Shown in pieces: positions 47,201-56,281 of a DNA stretch of 64,000 bases; the first letter of the stretch is position 1; every line of letters begins with the position of its first letter. The DNA lies in NCBI RefSeq assembly GCF_011386835.1, contig NC_088795.1, positions 14,508,001-14,572,000 of the forward strand. Reading direction: 5' to 3'. Both the position numbers and the translations under genes were made by a program. The DNA is from Chrysemys picta bellii. Its lineage: Eukaryota. The notes beneath the pieces were generated by a model that was given only the letters and a program-made list of their open reading frames with translations, was not told the DNA's origin and did not search any database.

Positions 47201-50200
47201 CATTTATACTGCTCCTTACCCCTTCTCTCTCCCTTACACATGAAGAAGCACACTCAACCAATTTCCTGAAAAGCCTGCGAACTTCTTGATCACAGGCGGT
47301 GTGGTGCCCCAACGTGGGCTCTGTTGGTAATGTTACACCCACCGTTGAACTTTGCTGTAGACCTGAAGAAGGCCAGTGCTACTCCCTCCCCTACGCCTCT
47401 CACCTCCCAAATATTGCACCTCTATTATGTTTTCAATATTCTTGTCTTCTGCCCTAACCAGCCATATGCCCTTATTATAAAGGCAAGTCCTGTTTCTCTC
47501 GTCTGACCCACGTAGGTGGAGAGAAACAGGACTTGCCTTTATAATAAGATTATAGTGTACAAATAAACCATACAAAACCATTGCTTAAAGACCCTGATGA
47601 TTGTCGCTGTTGTCTGCATTTAAAGGCGGAGAAGATCAAAAGCATGCCTGTAGAAGAACAGAAAGCCAAAGCAGCAGCAGTTAGCACAAGTCGGGTTTTA
47701 AGTCAAGAAGACTTCCAGAAAATACGCCTGGCCCAGATAGCCAAAGAACTCAACTCGGCACCTGGCAAAGCTGCAAAGAGGAAGAACATTGAAATAGACA
47801 GTGATGAGGAGCGCAGGTAGAATACAAAATTCCTGTTCACTCAGGTGGTATAATGGATATTATTTGTATTGCGGTAGCACTTAGGAACCTGAATCATGGG
47901 CCAGGACCTCATTGTGTTAGGTGCTGTACAAATGCATAATAAAAAGATGTGTCCTCATGCCACACAGCTTCCAATCTAAGTATGAGACGAGACAGAGGGT
48001 GAATATAGGAGGGTTAGCACAAGGGAACAATGAGATGATACTCGTCAGCTTGATAGGCTGTGGTCTCAGCACACTGGCTGCCTAACCGCTGCTGAGATTT
48101 TTGTAGGTATGGTAGTTAAAAAGGGATTTGAAGGAGGACAATGAGGCAGCTGTGCAGATGTTTATGGGTAGCTCCTCTCATGCATAAGGGCAGCACGGGA
48201 CAAAGCACAGAGGTGCTTGTGTGAAAGTGGGCAGTGAGGTCCGAGTCCACATCTCGAGAGCGAATGAGAGATGATGGAGAGGGCGGGGATAGACCCATGC
48301 GTGGTGGGAGCTCCCGTGATGGCAGACAACATAATATTCTCTTTTCGTTTTGCAGGGGAGAGTTGCTTTCGCTCAGAGATATTGAACATCTGCATAAGAA
48401 GCCTAAATCAGACAAGGAAACAAGACTGGCCACAGCCATGGTGAGGAGCCGTGATATTCCTCTTCCTTGCAGATTTTCAGGGGGTTCAGGCTTTGCAACC
48501 TGCAGAGTTACAAGAACACAATAGGGGCAGGTTTGAAAGGGCACAGGCATGAATGACAGTTAGACCCCCAGGTTGCCATTTGTGCTTTTGAAGATCTCCC
48601 GCTCTTGGGTACTTTGCCGCCCTGGCACAGACCAATGGTTAACTTTAGGCCAGTTCCTTGTGTCTTACTGTGGCTGATGCTGGGAATTTTAAAAGCTCTT
48701 TTTTTAATAGAGGCTCTTGTTCAAAAGATACAGTTTAACAGCCAATCACAAAGCACATAAAATCGCCCAGGAAAGCAGAGTGAGTCTGGATTTGCAGCTC
48801 CAGGAATGGAAAGTGTGCAGCGGTTAATGGCATTTCTACAGAGGCCAGTTAGATGAGGCCACTTGCGAGAAAGGAAGATAACCCTGTGGGCTTTAATTGT
48901 TTGGATATTTTTTTCCTCCCGAGGCTGGAAAGACAGACAGAAAAGAATTTGTGAAAAGGAAAACGAAAATGAATCCGTTCGCCAGCTCCACTAACAAAGA
49001 GAAGAAGAAGCAGAAGAACTTTATGATGATGAGATACAGTCACAACGTCAGAACAAAAAATAAACGTTCCTTCAGGGAAAAACAGGTCAGTATTTAATAC
49101 TCAGCCCATTGGTGACAAAGTAAATTGGAGTCTAGTCAGGGCAGTGTATGCAACAAACTTTAGTTACTTGTATTTCAGCTAAAATAAGCGCCCCTCACAT
49201 TCTCTAGGAGGTTTTATGTGCTTAAAGATTTCCCGTGTCAAAACTTAGTTCAAATGAACGTATAATAGGCTGCTTCTCTTAAACTAATGATCACCTGCCA
49301 ACCAACCCAATAAAAAAGCCATTTGTGCAGTCTATACATCCCTTAGCCTATGTCCTATCCAAATGCCTGGGCTTTGTAGCAGTCACAGATCTGGGCTCTT
49401 GAAGACCAATGGCTACCGGTGCTGGGGGGCGGGGCTTGTCTGCATAGACAACACACAAATCATGTGGTGAAGTTATGTTAGAGTTGTACCATGGTACGGT
49501 AATGTAATTATAACACAGCATGGGCCCCTTGGCATAGGCAAGGTCAAACTTTGATTATATTATCAGGACACGAGTGTGACAGAACATGCTACCTTTGCAT
49601 GGTCAGAATTGGCTTTGCAGACCGGCCTTTTAGTCTATCCTTTTATTTTCCTTTGGGCTCCTCTTCAAACCCTCATTTCACAGTCACCATCTTCCTGATT
49701 ACCTTATTCACCAGAGACAGTTCTGTCCTCCCTTTCATGCTGGCTGGGTATGCTGTGTCTATGATAAAAGGTGCCTCTTGAAATCCTCTCATCTGCTCTG
49801 GAAAATCTCAAGGCCAAAGTGTTGCCGACTCTTTTAATGTCACTGTACTTGCGCCGACTGTTTTGAATATGTTCAAAGATCCATTTCCAGGAAAATCCTG
49901 GTTTGTGGCTTTCTCACCAAGCTGTCCCTTCGGTAGAGTATGTGTACTGACTTCATTATAAACCCACCTTTGTCAGTAAGATTTGGGTCCCAGTGAGTAG
50001 CTCCGGGGTCTGTTTCTGGCTTTTTATTCCCTGCTAAGGGCAGCCAAACAGTGTTGAGATCAGTTCGCCAGTGGCTTTTGTCTTTACAAACCAAATGAGG
50101 AAAGTAGATCCTGGATATTCTTACGCTGTTTTATTAAATAACATGACCCTGGACCAGTACCTCTAAATTTGCTCTTTACTTGGTATTTTCTCCGTTTCTC

Positions 50201-52716
50201 ACAAATGTGGGATCTAGGCTGACCCCATTGACTGCAGCAATGTGCTGATTCCACCCTCTCTTATAAAACACAAGAGGTTCATTTTGTGAATGAACAGCTT
50301 AGGTACTTCAATGAGCTTGCTAATCCTCTGCACTTGCATTGAGGTGCTGACGTCTCTGATTTGGTAGGCGGCCAGGCTACCTCACTACATCAGATCTCTA
50401 TGAGAAGCAAAATGAGCAGCGTGTTAGTGATTTGAGCCAAAAGGCTTGAACTAGCCCCCGTTGTGGGGGACCAGGGTGGGGGAGAATGGCTTAAAAGAAC
50501 TAAAATTTGATTTTATAGTTTAAAATCCAGAGCTCAAATCCCCATTTTAAATTAGGGCTGTCAAACGGTTAAAATAAAAATTGCAATTAATCGCAGTTTT
50601 AATCACACTGTTAAACAATAATAGAATACCAATTTAAATGTATTATCAATATTTTTGAATGTTTTTCTACATTTTCAAATATATTGATTTCAATTACAAC
50701 AGAGGATATAAAGGGTACAAACGTTTATACTTTTTTATTACAAATATTTGCACTGTAAAAAGATAAACAAAAGAGAGTATTTTTCATTCACCTCCTACAA
50801 GTACTGTAGTGCAATGTCTTTATTGTGAAAGTACAACTTACAAATGTAGGATTTTTTTTTTTTTAATATAACTGCACTTAAAAACAAAACAATGTAAAAC
50901 TTTTTAGAGACTACAAGTTAAAGCGGTTTCCCAGGTCTTTACTTAACCCTTACATATCAACAATTCTCACGATAAAGAGATCGCACTACAGTACTTGTAT
51001 GAGGTGAATGAAAAATACTATTGCTTTTTTCTTACAGTGCAAATATTTGCAATAAAAATAAAGTGAGCACTGCACATGTATTCTGGGCTCTAATTGATAT
51101 CAATATATTTTAAAATGTAGGAAACATCCAAAATATTATAATAAATTTAAATTGGTATTCTGTTATTGTTTAACAATGAGATTAAAACTACGATTAATTG
51201 TGACTATTTTTTAAATCTAGTTATTTTGTTTTGTGTTAATTGTTTGCATTAACAATGATTAATTGACAGCCTTATTTTAAATGTGTCAACATTTCTGGCA
51301 GAACCTCTCTGGAGTGACTCTGCACTTGTAAATGTCAGTCTTTTTTTTTTTTTTTTTTTTTAAAGAAGTTTCATTTGCCCTTTAAAGACACTACTTTAAA
51401 CCTACTTAAAGGGACAAGAGTGATATTGTACTGATCTTTTCCAGTTTAACACCATTGACACAGTGCAATGACATTTATATTACATTAGTGATTTTTTTAT
51501 TGTACAGTGTCAAAGAAGTGTCACTACTGCTATGTTTACTGCTTGAATCTAGGAGTTCACTGACTTTCTTGGTTGTATTACTAGTTCTATCTAGGTACGA
51601 GTATGATCCTGTCATGATAGTGCCTGCCATTGTTTTTGGTGTAGGGGTTTGAGGTGTCTTTGTCTCTCATTTTTACAATATATATCGAGATTTTTTCCCC
51701 TAAAGTATTAAATAATCTGCTTGGTTTCTTGGCATTTTTAATTTTTTTCTAGACCAAGTTATTAAGTCTAGCCTGATTAGTTGTCACTAGAAAAGTTATT
51801 ATAGCTTTTCCTTACAAGGGTAATTTTAGTTAGTATATTAAACTTTCCTAAGTGCTTAAAATAAGAATTAAATTGTTTCCAAATTAGTTTTTATAAAAGC
51901 TTTTAGCAGAAATATCCAATTTTATCTCAATGTAAATTGTTTGTGCCATTACATTACATTACAAAGTGCATTACATTAAATACATAGGCGTAATACATCT
52001 GTGCATAGAATACCTAGGACGCTAGCCCAGGCAGGCTGGCTTGATTCCAGTCAGGTGACTCATAGACTTTAAGGCCAGAAGGGACCATCATGATCATCTG
52101 ACCTCTTGTACATTGCAGGCCACAGAACCTTACTCACACCCTCCTGTAATCAATCCATAACCTCTGGCTGAGTTACTGAAGTCCTCAAATCATGATTTAA
52201 GACTTCAAGTTACAGAGAATCCACCATTTACACTAGTTTAAACCTGCAAGTGACCCGTGCCTCATGCTGCAGAGAGAGGCAAAAAACCTCCAGGGTCTCT
52301 GCCAATCTGACCTGGGGGGAAATTCCCTCAATGCCACAGCTATTGCATCCAGGAAAATCTAGTCCATGCTGTAATTAGTAGCACGTGTCCTCCAATCTAT
52401 AACTGAATTAAGCCCACAGTTTTAACTATGGTGTGATTTTTTAATTCCTGTGTGGTGGTCTTGCCTGCTAATGTCTTCTACCCTAGAGGTGGCCACACGC
52501 CAACAATGAACAGGATATATATATATGGTTTTCACATCACATGGGGATCGCTGCATGATGGGTGCTATATTGGTATTTCAGTTAAATACTTGAAAACTTG
52601 TAGGCAAAATACCTCAATATTCCACTGTTATGCAACATGATTTATTTATGTATTTTGTATTCTAGCTGGCATTACGAGATGCACTTTTGAAAAAGAGAAA
52701 AAGACTGGTGAAATAA
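22264..52716 (+). CDS. SDAD1: Protein SDA1 homolog (60S ribosome biogenesis/export factor), 22 exons, 691 aa
   Basis: Exons: 22264-22353, 24871-24975, 25663-25761, 26263-26373, 28449-28520, 28623-28723, 32108-32165, 33151-33225, 34484-34585, 35390-35459, 36918-37021, 38631-38688, 39793-39851, 42104-42180, 43627-43724, 44482-44558, 45666-45798, 46817-46914, 47626-47816, 48356-48440, 48924-49085, 52666-52716. All GT-AG, phases consistent, total 2076 nt. Protein runs [30 protein letters not shown]...[16 protein letters not shown], closely matching the known vertebrate SDAD1 sequence. Confidence 0.97.
23505..23764. mobile_element. PIF/Harbinger-type MITE
   Basis: Ends GGGTGAATCTACAC and GTAGATAAGCTC with TTA/TTA TSD. 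Similar degenerate MITEs lie at about 22950-23191, 27894-28160, 29965-30255 and 32671-32927. Confidence 0.75.
27642..27825. mobile_element. Fold-back Penelope-like mini-insertion
   Basis: Inverted arms of about 58 bp around a hammerhead remnant (CAGATGAAGTGGGTATTCACCCACGAAAGCTTATGC). 11-bp TSD TGCAGAATAGT (27631-27641, 27826-27836). Confidence 0.88.
28771..29715 (+). mobile_element. Non-autonomous hAT element
   Basis: TSD GGGCAACC/GGGCAATC. Plus-strand transposase C-terminal remnants [43 protein letters not shown] and [24 protein letters not shown]. Confidence 0.8.
31098..31460 (-). mobile_element. CR1 LINE 3' fragment
   Basis: TAGAC..TTTAAGGCCAGAA..GACCATCATGATCATCTAGTCTGAC is the reverse complement of a CR1 3' end. 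Near-identical family copy at 52062-52330; another fragment at about 35693-35990. Confidence 0.75.
32184..32213. repeat. (TG)15 microsatellite
   Basis: Read directly; begins 19 nt into SDAD1 intron 7. Confidence 0.95.
33700..34030 (+). mobile_element. L2-like tail followed by a CORE/MIR-like SINE
   Basis: CCCTGCCCTGAAGAGCTTACA, then GTGACCTTGGGCAAATCACTTAATCTCTCTGTGGCTCAGTTCTTCATCTGTAAAATGGGG (MIR core). Confidence 0.65.
36099..36635 (-). mobile_element. Probable solo LTR
   Basis: TG...CA ends. The terminal CCCTTAAAGGAGCAAGCCAGCCCGTGACA resembles the reverse complement of the start of 45222-45511 (TGTAACAGGGCAATGTTCCCTTTAAGGGGAGC). No clear TSD. Confidence 0.45.
39062..39474. mobile_element. 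hAT-type MITE
   Basis: Ends CAGTGGCTCTCAAC and GTTTAGAACCAGTG; degenerate 8-bp TSD GCCTGGAG/TTCTAGAG. Confidence 0.7.
40732..40916. mobile_element. Fold-back Penelope-like mini-insertion
   Basis: Starts ATCAGGGGGTAGCTGTGTTAGTCTG; near-perfect inverted arms of about 65 bp; hammerhead decayed; TSD unclear. Confidence 0.82.
41095..41281. mobile_element. Fold-back Penelope-like mini-insertion with intact hammerhead core
   Basis: 12-bp TSD TTCTTCTGAAGT (41083-41094, 41282-41293). CTGATGA-AGTGGG-CATTCA-CCCAC-GAAAGCTTATGC at 41198-41233. Confidence 0.9.
41730..41912 (-). mobile_element. CORE/MIR-like SINE
   Basis: ATTATCCCCATTTTACAGATAGGGAAACAGAGG, the MIR core in reverse orientation. Confidence 0.7.
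42266..42439. mobile_element. Tc1/mariner (Tigger-like) MITE, 174 bp
   Basis: Perfect 20-bp TIR CACCTCTACCCCGATATAAC with TA TSD. Confidence 0.9.
44710..44882 (+). mobile_element. tRNA-derived CORE/MIR-like SINE
   Basis: A-box-like GTGGCCTACTGG, B-box-like GGTTCTATTCC, and core GTGACCTTGGGCAAGTCACT...CATCTGTAAAATGGGGATAATAA. Confidence 0.75.
45222..45511 (+). mobile_element. Probable short solo LTR
   Basis: TGTAAC...GCCACA ends, internal TATAAAT; related to 36099-36635. Confidence 0.45.
47471..47548. repeat. Perfect 30-bp inverted repeat with 18-nt spacer
   Basis: CTTATTATAAAGGCAAGTCCTGTTTCTCTC (47471-47500) and its exact reverse complement (47519-47548). Confidence 0.95.
47860..48240. mobile_element. 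L2-like LINE fragment
   Basis: Degenerate L2-type tail (GTGTTAGGTGCTGTACAAA, CAGCTTCCAATCTAAG, AGGGATTTGAAGGAGGA). Confidence 0.5.
50553..51274. mobile_element. Internally deleted hAT element (722 bp) with filler DNA
   Basis: TAGGGCTGTC / GACAGCCTTA ends with perfect TSD TTTTAAAT. Same family as 58116-59760; the interior is replaced by about 46 bp of filler. Confidence 0.88.
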
Positions 52717-53129
52717 CTTAAAACAACAAAGGAGTGGACTGATTTATATCCTTACTGTGGGTACAGTAATAACCCTGGAAACAGTTTTTATATTGGAAAG
52801 TACAGGATCACCTGTACTGAAGAATTGGATGTCCATTGCATATAACTCTGAATACAACTGATGATTGAATATAACTCTGCAGCACCAAACGAGTCTCATT
52901 TGTATGTGTTGGCGTCAAGAGGCCTTAATAGGCCAGAAGATCTTGCATTCTAGAAGCATCTTAGGAAGGGAGGCAGTTACCTTTTATTGAATATAACTTA
53001 TTTTGAGTTAATATTTACAGGGACATAACCAGTTAACTAAAGCAAGGAGAATTTCATTGTTAAATATTTTGCCTGAATCATGGAAAATGTAAGTCCTAAA
53101 TCAGTCCATGTAAAATAACTTTTATATAG

Positions 53130-53135
53130 ATTAAA
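53130..53135 (+). terminator. Candidate SDAD1 polyadenylation signal ATTAAA
   Basis: About 410 nt after the stop codon, followed by a GT/T-rich tract. Use is not confirmed. Confidence 0.35.
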
Positions 53136-53273
53136 AACTTTGTGCCTTTCATAAGCATGTAATTTTTTTAAAGGACTTTTACTCTACAATACACCATAGT
53201 TGAAAATGGTTAACTTTCATTTCCCGTTTTTAGAAATAGAAGGTGGGTGAGGACTGAGGTAATATCTCTTATT

Positions 53274-53403
53274 AAAAAAAAACGAGGAGTACTTGTGGCA
53301 ACTGAGAGACTAACAAATTTATTTATTAAATTAGTCTCAGGTGCCACAAGTACTCCTAATTCTTTTTGCTGATACAGACTAACATGGCTACCACTCTGAA
53401 ACC
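53274..53403. mobile_element. Short fold-back Penelope insertion (first family) nested in the second-family pLTR
   Basis: GAGTACTTGTGGCA..GAGACTAA / TTAGTCTC..GTGCCACAAGTACTC arms plus the tail GATACAGACTAACATGGCTACCACTCTGAAACC. 11-bp TSD TATCTCTTATT/TATCTTTTATT. Confidence 0.82.
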
Positions 53404-53555
53404 TATCTTTTATTAGACCAACTTCTGTTTGTCAGAGATAAGCGTTGACGCTACACAGAACTCTTCTTCAGGTCTGAGAAAGGAAACCAGAGTGTCACAG
53501 CTAAATACAAGATCAAATCGATAGTTTAGCATAAGTAGTTAGCACATACTCTAAG

Positions 53556-54026
53556 ATGGGGTTTCTCAACCTTTTCTTGGAGTCCCCCCTCTCCCCCCAC
53601 CCTCCTCAACATGCTATAAAAACTTCATGGCCCACCTGTGCCACAACAACTTTTTCTGTGCATATAAAAGCCAGGCTGGTGTTAGAAAGCAGGGCAATTG
53701 CCTGGGACCCTATGCCACAGGGGCCACTGCAAAGCTAAGTTGCTCAGGCTTCGGCTTCAGCCCCGGGTAGGGTGACCAGACAGCAAGTATGAAAAATCGG
53801 GACAGGGGGTGGGGGGTAATAGACGCCTATATAACACAAAACCCCAAATATCAGGACTGTCCCTATAAAATTGGGACATCTGGTCACCCTAGCCCCGGGT
53901 GGTGGGGCTTGGCCCCGGGCTGCAGTCCTGCGCAGTGGGGCTTTGGCTTTCTGTCCCTGGCCCCAGCGAGTTTAATGCCAGCCATGTTTGGAGAACCCCT
54001 GAAACCTGCTCACTGTTGAGAACCAG
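53556..54026. mobile_element. hAT MITE with a nested 124-bp MITE (53768-53891)
   Basis: Outer element: GGTTTCTCAAC / GTTGAGAACCAG, TSD ACTCTAAG/TTTCTAAG. Inner element: TAGGGTGACCAG / CTGGTCACCCTA, perfect TSD GCCCCGGG. Confidence 0.8.
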
Positions 54027-55941
54027 TTTCTAAGGGACCTTTGAAGGTGAAGTGACCCGTTAACATGCGTGTAGTCATAGGACAAAAACGGGGGTTAGTG
54101 GGTTACAGTGTGTTGTAATAAGCTAGAAATCCAGTGTCTTTATTCAGGCTATGTTTTGTAGTGGCTAGCAAAGTTATGAATTTGAACTCCCGGGCTTGTC
54201 TTTTGAAAGTGTTGTGCAGGTTTCCTTTGAGGATGAGGACTCACATCAGATATGGAGTGACTGTTTTGTGAAAAGTGTTCACGCACAGGTGATATAGTGG
54301 TTTTGTCTTTTATAATTTTCCTGTGTGAATTCATTCAAGGGTGTAGTGATTGTCTGGTTTCACCCCCATAGCTGTTGGAGCATTTAGTGCACTGGCTGAG
54401 GTACACCATATGTTGTGATAGGTATGTGCAGGACTCATGGATCCTGAAAGGTGTATTGTAGGGGGTTGTTGATCATCAGAGCAGTGGAGATTTGTCTGCA
54501 GGTTTTGCCTCTGTTGTGGCAGGGTCTGATGCTGCTTTGAGTTGGTAACTTGTCCTGGTATAGCACCCCCTTCTCCCCTGCCCCTTTTTGTGTCCTATGA
54601 CCACAGAGGTGTTAACAGGCCCCTGAATCTTGAATGGTCCTTTTAGAATACGTGCTAACGGCTTATGCTAAAGTACAGGTTCAGTCTTGTTTCTAGCTGT
54701 GACACTTACCTTTCCCAGACCTGAATAAGCTGGAAAACTTGTCTCTCACCAACAGAAGTTGGTCCAATAAAAGATATTATCTCACCCACCTTGTCTCTCC
54801 AATATCCTGGGACCAACACAACTACACCAACACTGCATACCTCTCCCCTTTTTGTTTAAAATAAAACAAAAACAACTCGTAGTTTTTGTAGCTTGTTCAA
54901 CCAAATGATTGTGGATGTGCTCCAAAACTGGAACAGTTAGTGGAAGAATGGGATCTGCATGACTGTTCTAAAACAATGCCCCTCTCCTGAAACTGACACC
55001 ATATAAAGGCAGAGATTTACCCATACTGAGTCAATTGCAGAATGAGGCCTAAATCTGGAAGTTGGAAGATGAAATAAAGTGCATATCTGTACCGGGCCCC
55101 TTCTGATAACACCTAACGAATTACTTTTCTGTAACATTTTGCCATGCAAATTTTTTATTCAGAAATAATTTGCATCCTGTTCTGCCACATTTCTCCCTCT
55201 CATCTCTGTCCTTTTTGTTGGCTGTCCCTCCTCCCACCTTGCTTTTCTTTTGACAAGTTCTCTTTTAAAAACACTTAACAGTACATTTCAAAGTTAGAAG
55301 TTACAAACTAGATTGATTTTTTTTTTTAAGGCCAGTTCTCCCTCCACTTTAAGTTTCTACTATAGAAAGTGTAAACAGTAGCTCATGCTTTGTTTGTATA
55401 ATACTCATACCAGCTTTAAGTGTTAGTAGAAAGTCTGAATCCATACCTGTAGTAACAGGAACTGCTTCTTTGGGTGCATTTGTGTATGCCTACATCGGTA
55501 CTGGAACTAGGGCTGCTGCTACACTCCCTGCCTTGAAGTGGTTTCCATTTTATAGACCGGCTTTACCGTTTGGTTCAAGTGCTCGCAGCACCCCCACTAT
55601 TAAAAAAAACATGTTCCAGTGCCCCTGAATGCAGCTAGAGCCGTGTGTAAATACATAGCAGAAGCCTAGGAAAGACGCTTCAGTGGTTTAAGACTGGCGA
55701 TGGCTGAACTGGGATGGCAGGAGGCCTGGTTGGGTCTGTGGGGCAGGAGCCAAGATAGGGCTTAGCAAAGGGAATGTTTTAAAAGCTTTGCTCTAACGCG
55801 CAGCCTGATGCTAATGCCCTGACTGAAACCTGGCGGGTTTACAGCCGCTTAACACCCTTTGTTTTTAGAAATCTGTTTCCTTATATAGAGACAGGGATTT
55901 ACAGCGGCCGGGGGCAGAGCCTGACCTGCCATGGCCCCTAC

Positions 55942-56064
55942 TACGGTGACCAGATGTCCTGTTTTTAAAGGGACAGTCCTGTTTTTGGGGACTTTTTCTT
56001 ATATAGGTGCCTATTACCCCTCACCCCCATCCCGTGTTTTCACAGTTGCTGTCTGGTCCCCCTA
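55942..56064. mobile_element. TAGGGTGACCAG-family MITE in the NAAA promoter region
   Basis: Inverted relative to 53768-53891; degenerate TSD; ends about 220 bp upstream of the NAAA ATG. Confidence 0.7.
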
Positions 56065-56281
56065 GCCCGACCCTCAGCGCTAAGCCAGCAGCCCCTGCTC
56101 CTTGCAGCCGCCGGGGGGAGCCGGAGCGCTACGCGGCGCGAGCTACCCGCCCGGCCGGCCCGCTCCAGAGCCCGCCGCGGCACCTGCTCCAGCCAGCGCC
56201 CCGGCCGGAAGCGGCGGGAGGCGGCCGCTCGGCCCCGCCCTGCCCCGGGGCCGCTCCCTGCACAGACCGGGCTGAGGGGCC
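56065..56281 (+). promoter_or_regulatory. NAAA CpG-island promoter
   Basis: Very GC/CpG-rich. ETS-like CCGGAAGC and GC-box-like CCCCGCCC lie upstream of the ATG. Confidence 0.6.

Larger units (their letters stand above)
53241..54839 (-). mobile_element. Penelope-like element (second family) with inverted pLTR and nested inserts
   Basis: Minus-strand GIY-YIG remnant MNSHRKIIKDKTTISPVREHFSQNSHSISD (about 54149-54420). Left end AGGTGGGTGA..GTAATATC..TTATTAGACCAACTTCTG is the reverse complement of 54747-54791. Degenerate hammerhead GACCTGAAGAAGAG at about 53435-53474 (minus strand). Confidence 0.8.

Noticed and set aside
22354-52665. Intronic snoRNAs in SDAD1 (plausible for a ribosome-biogenesis gene)
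   Set aside because: No convincing C/D or H/ACA box pair with terminal stems was seen. A covariance-model search (Infernal/Rfam) would be needed.
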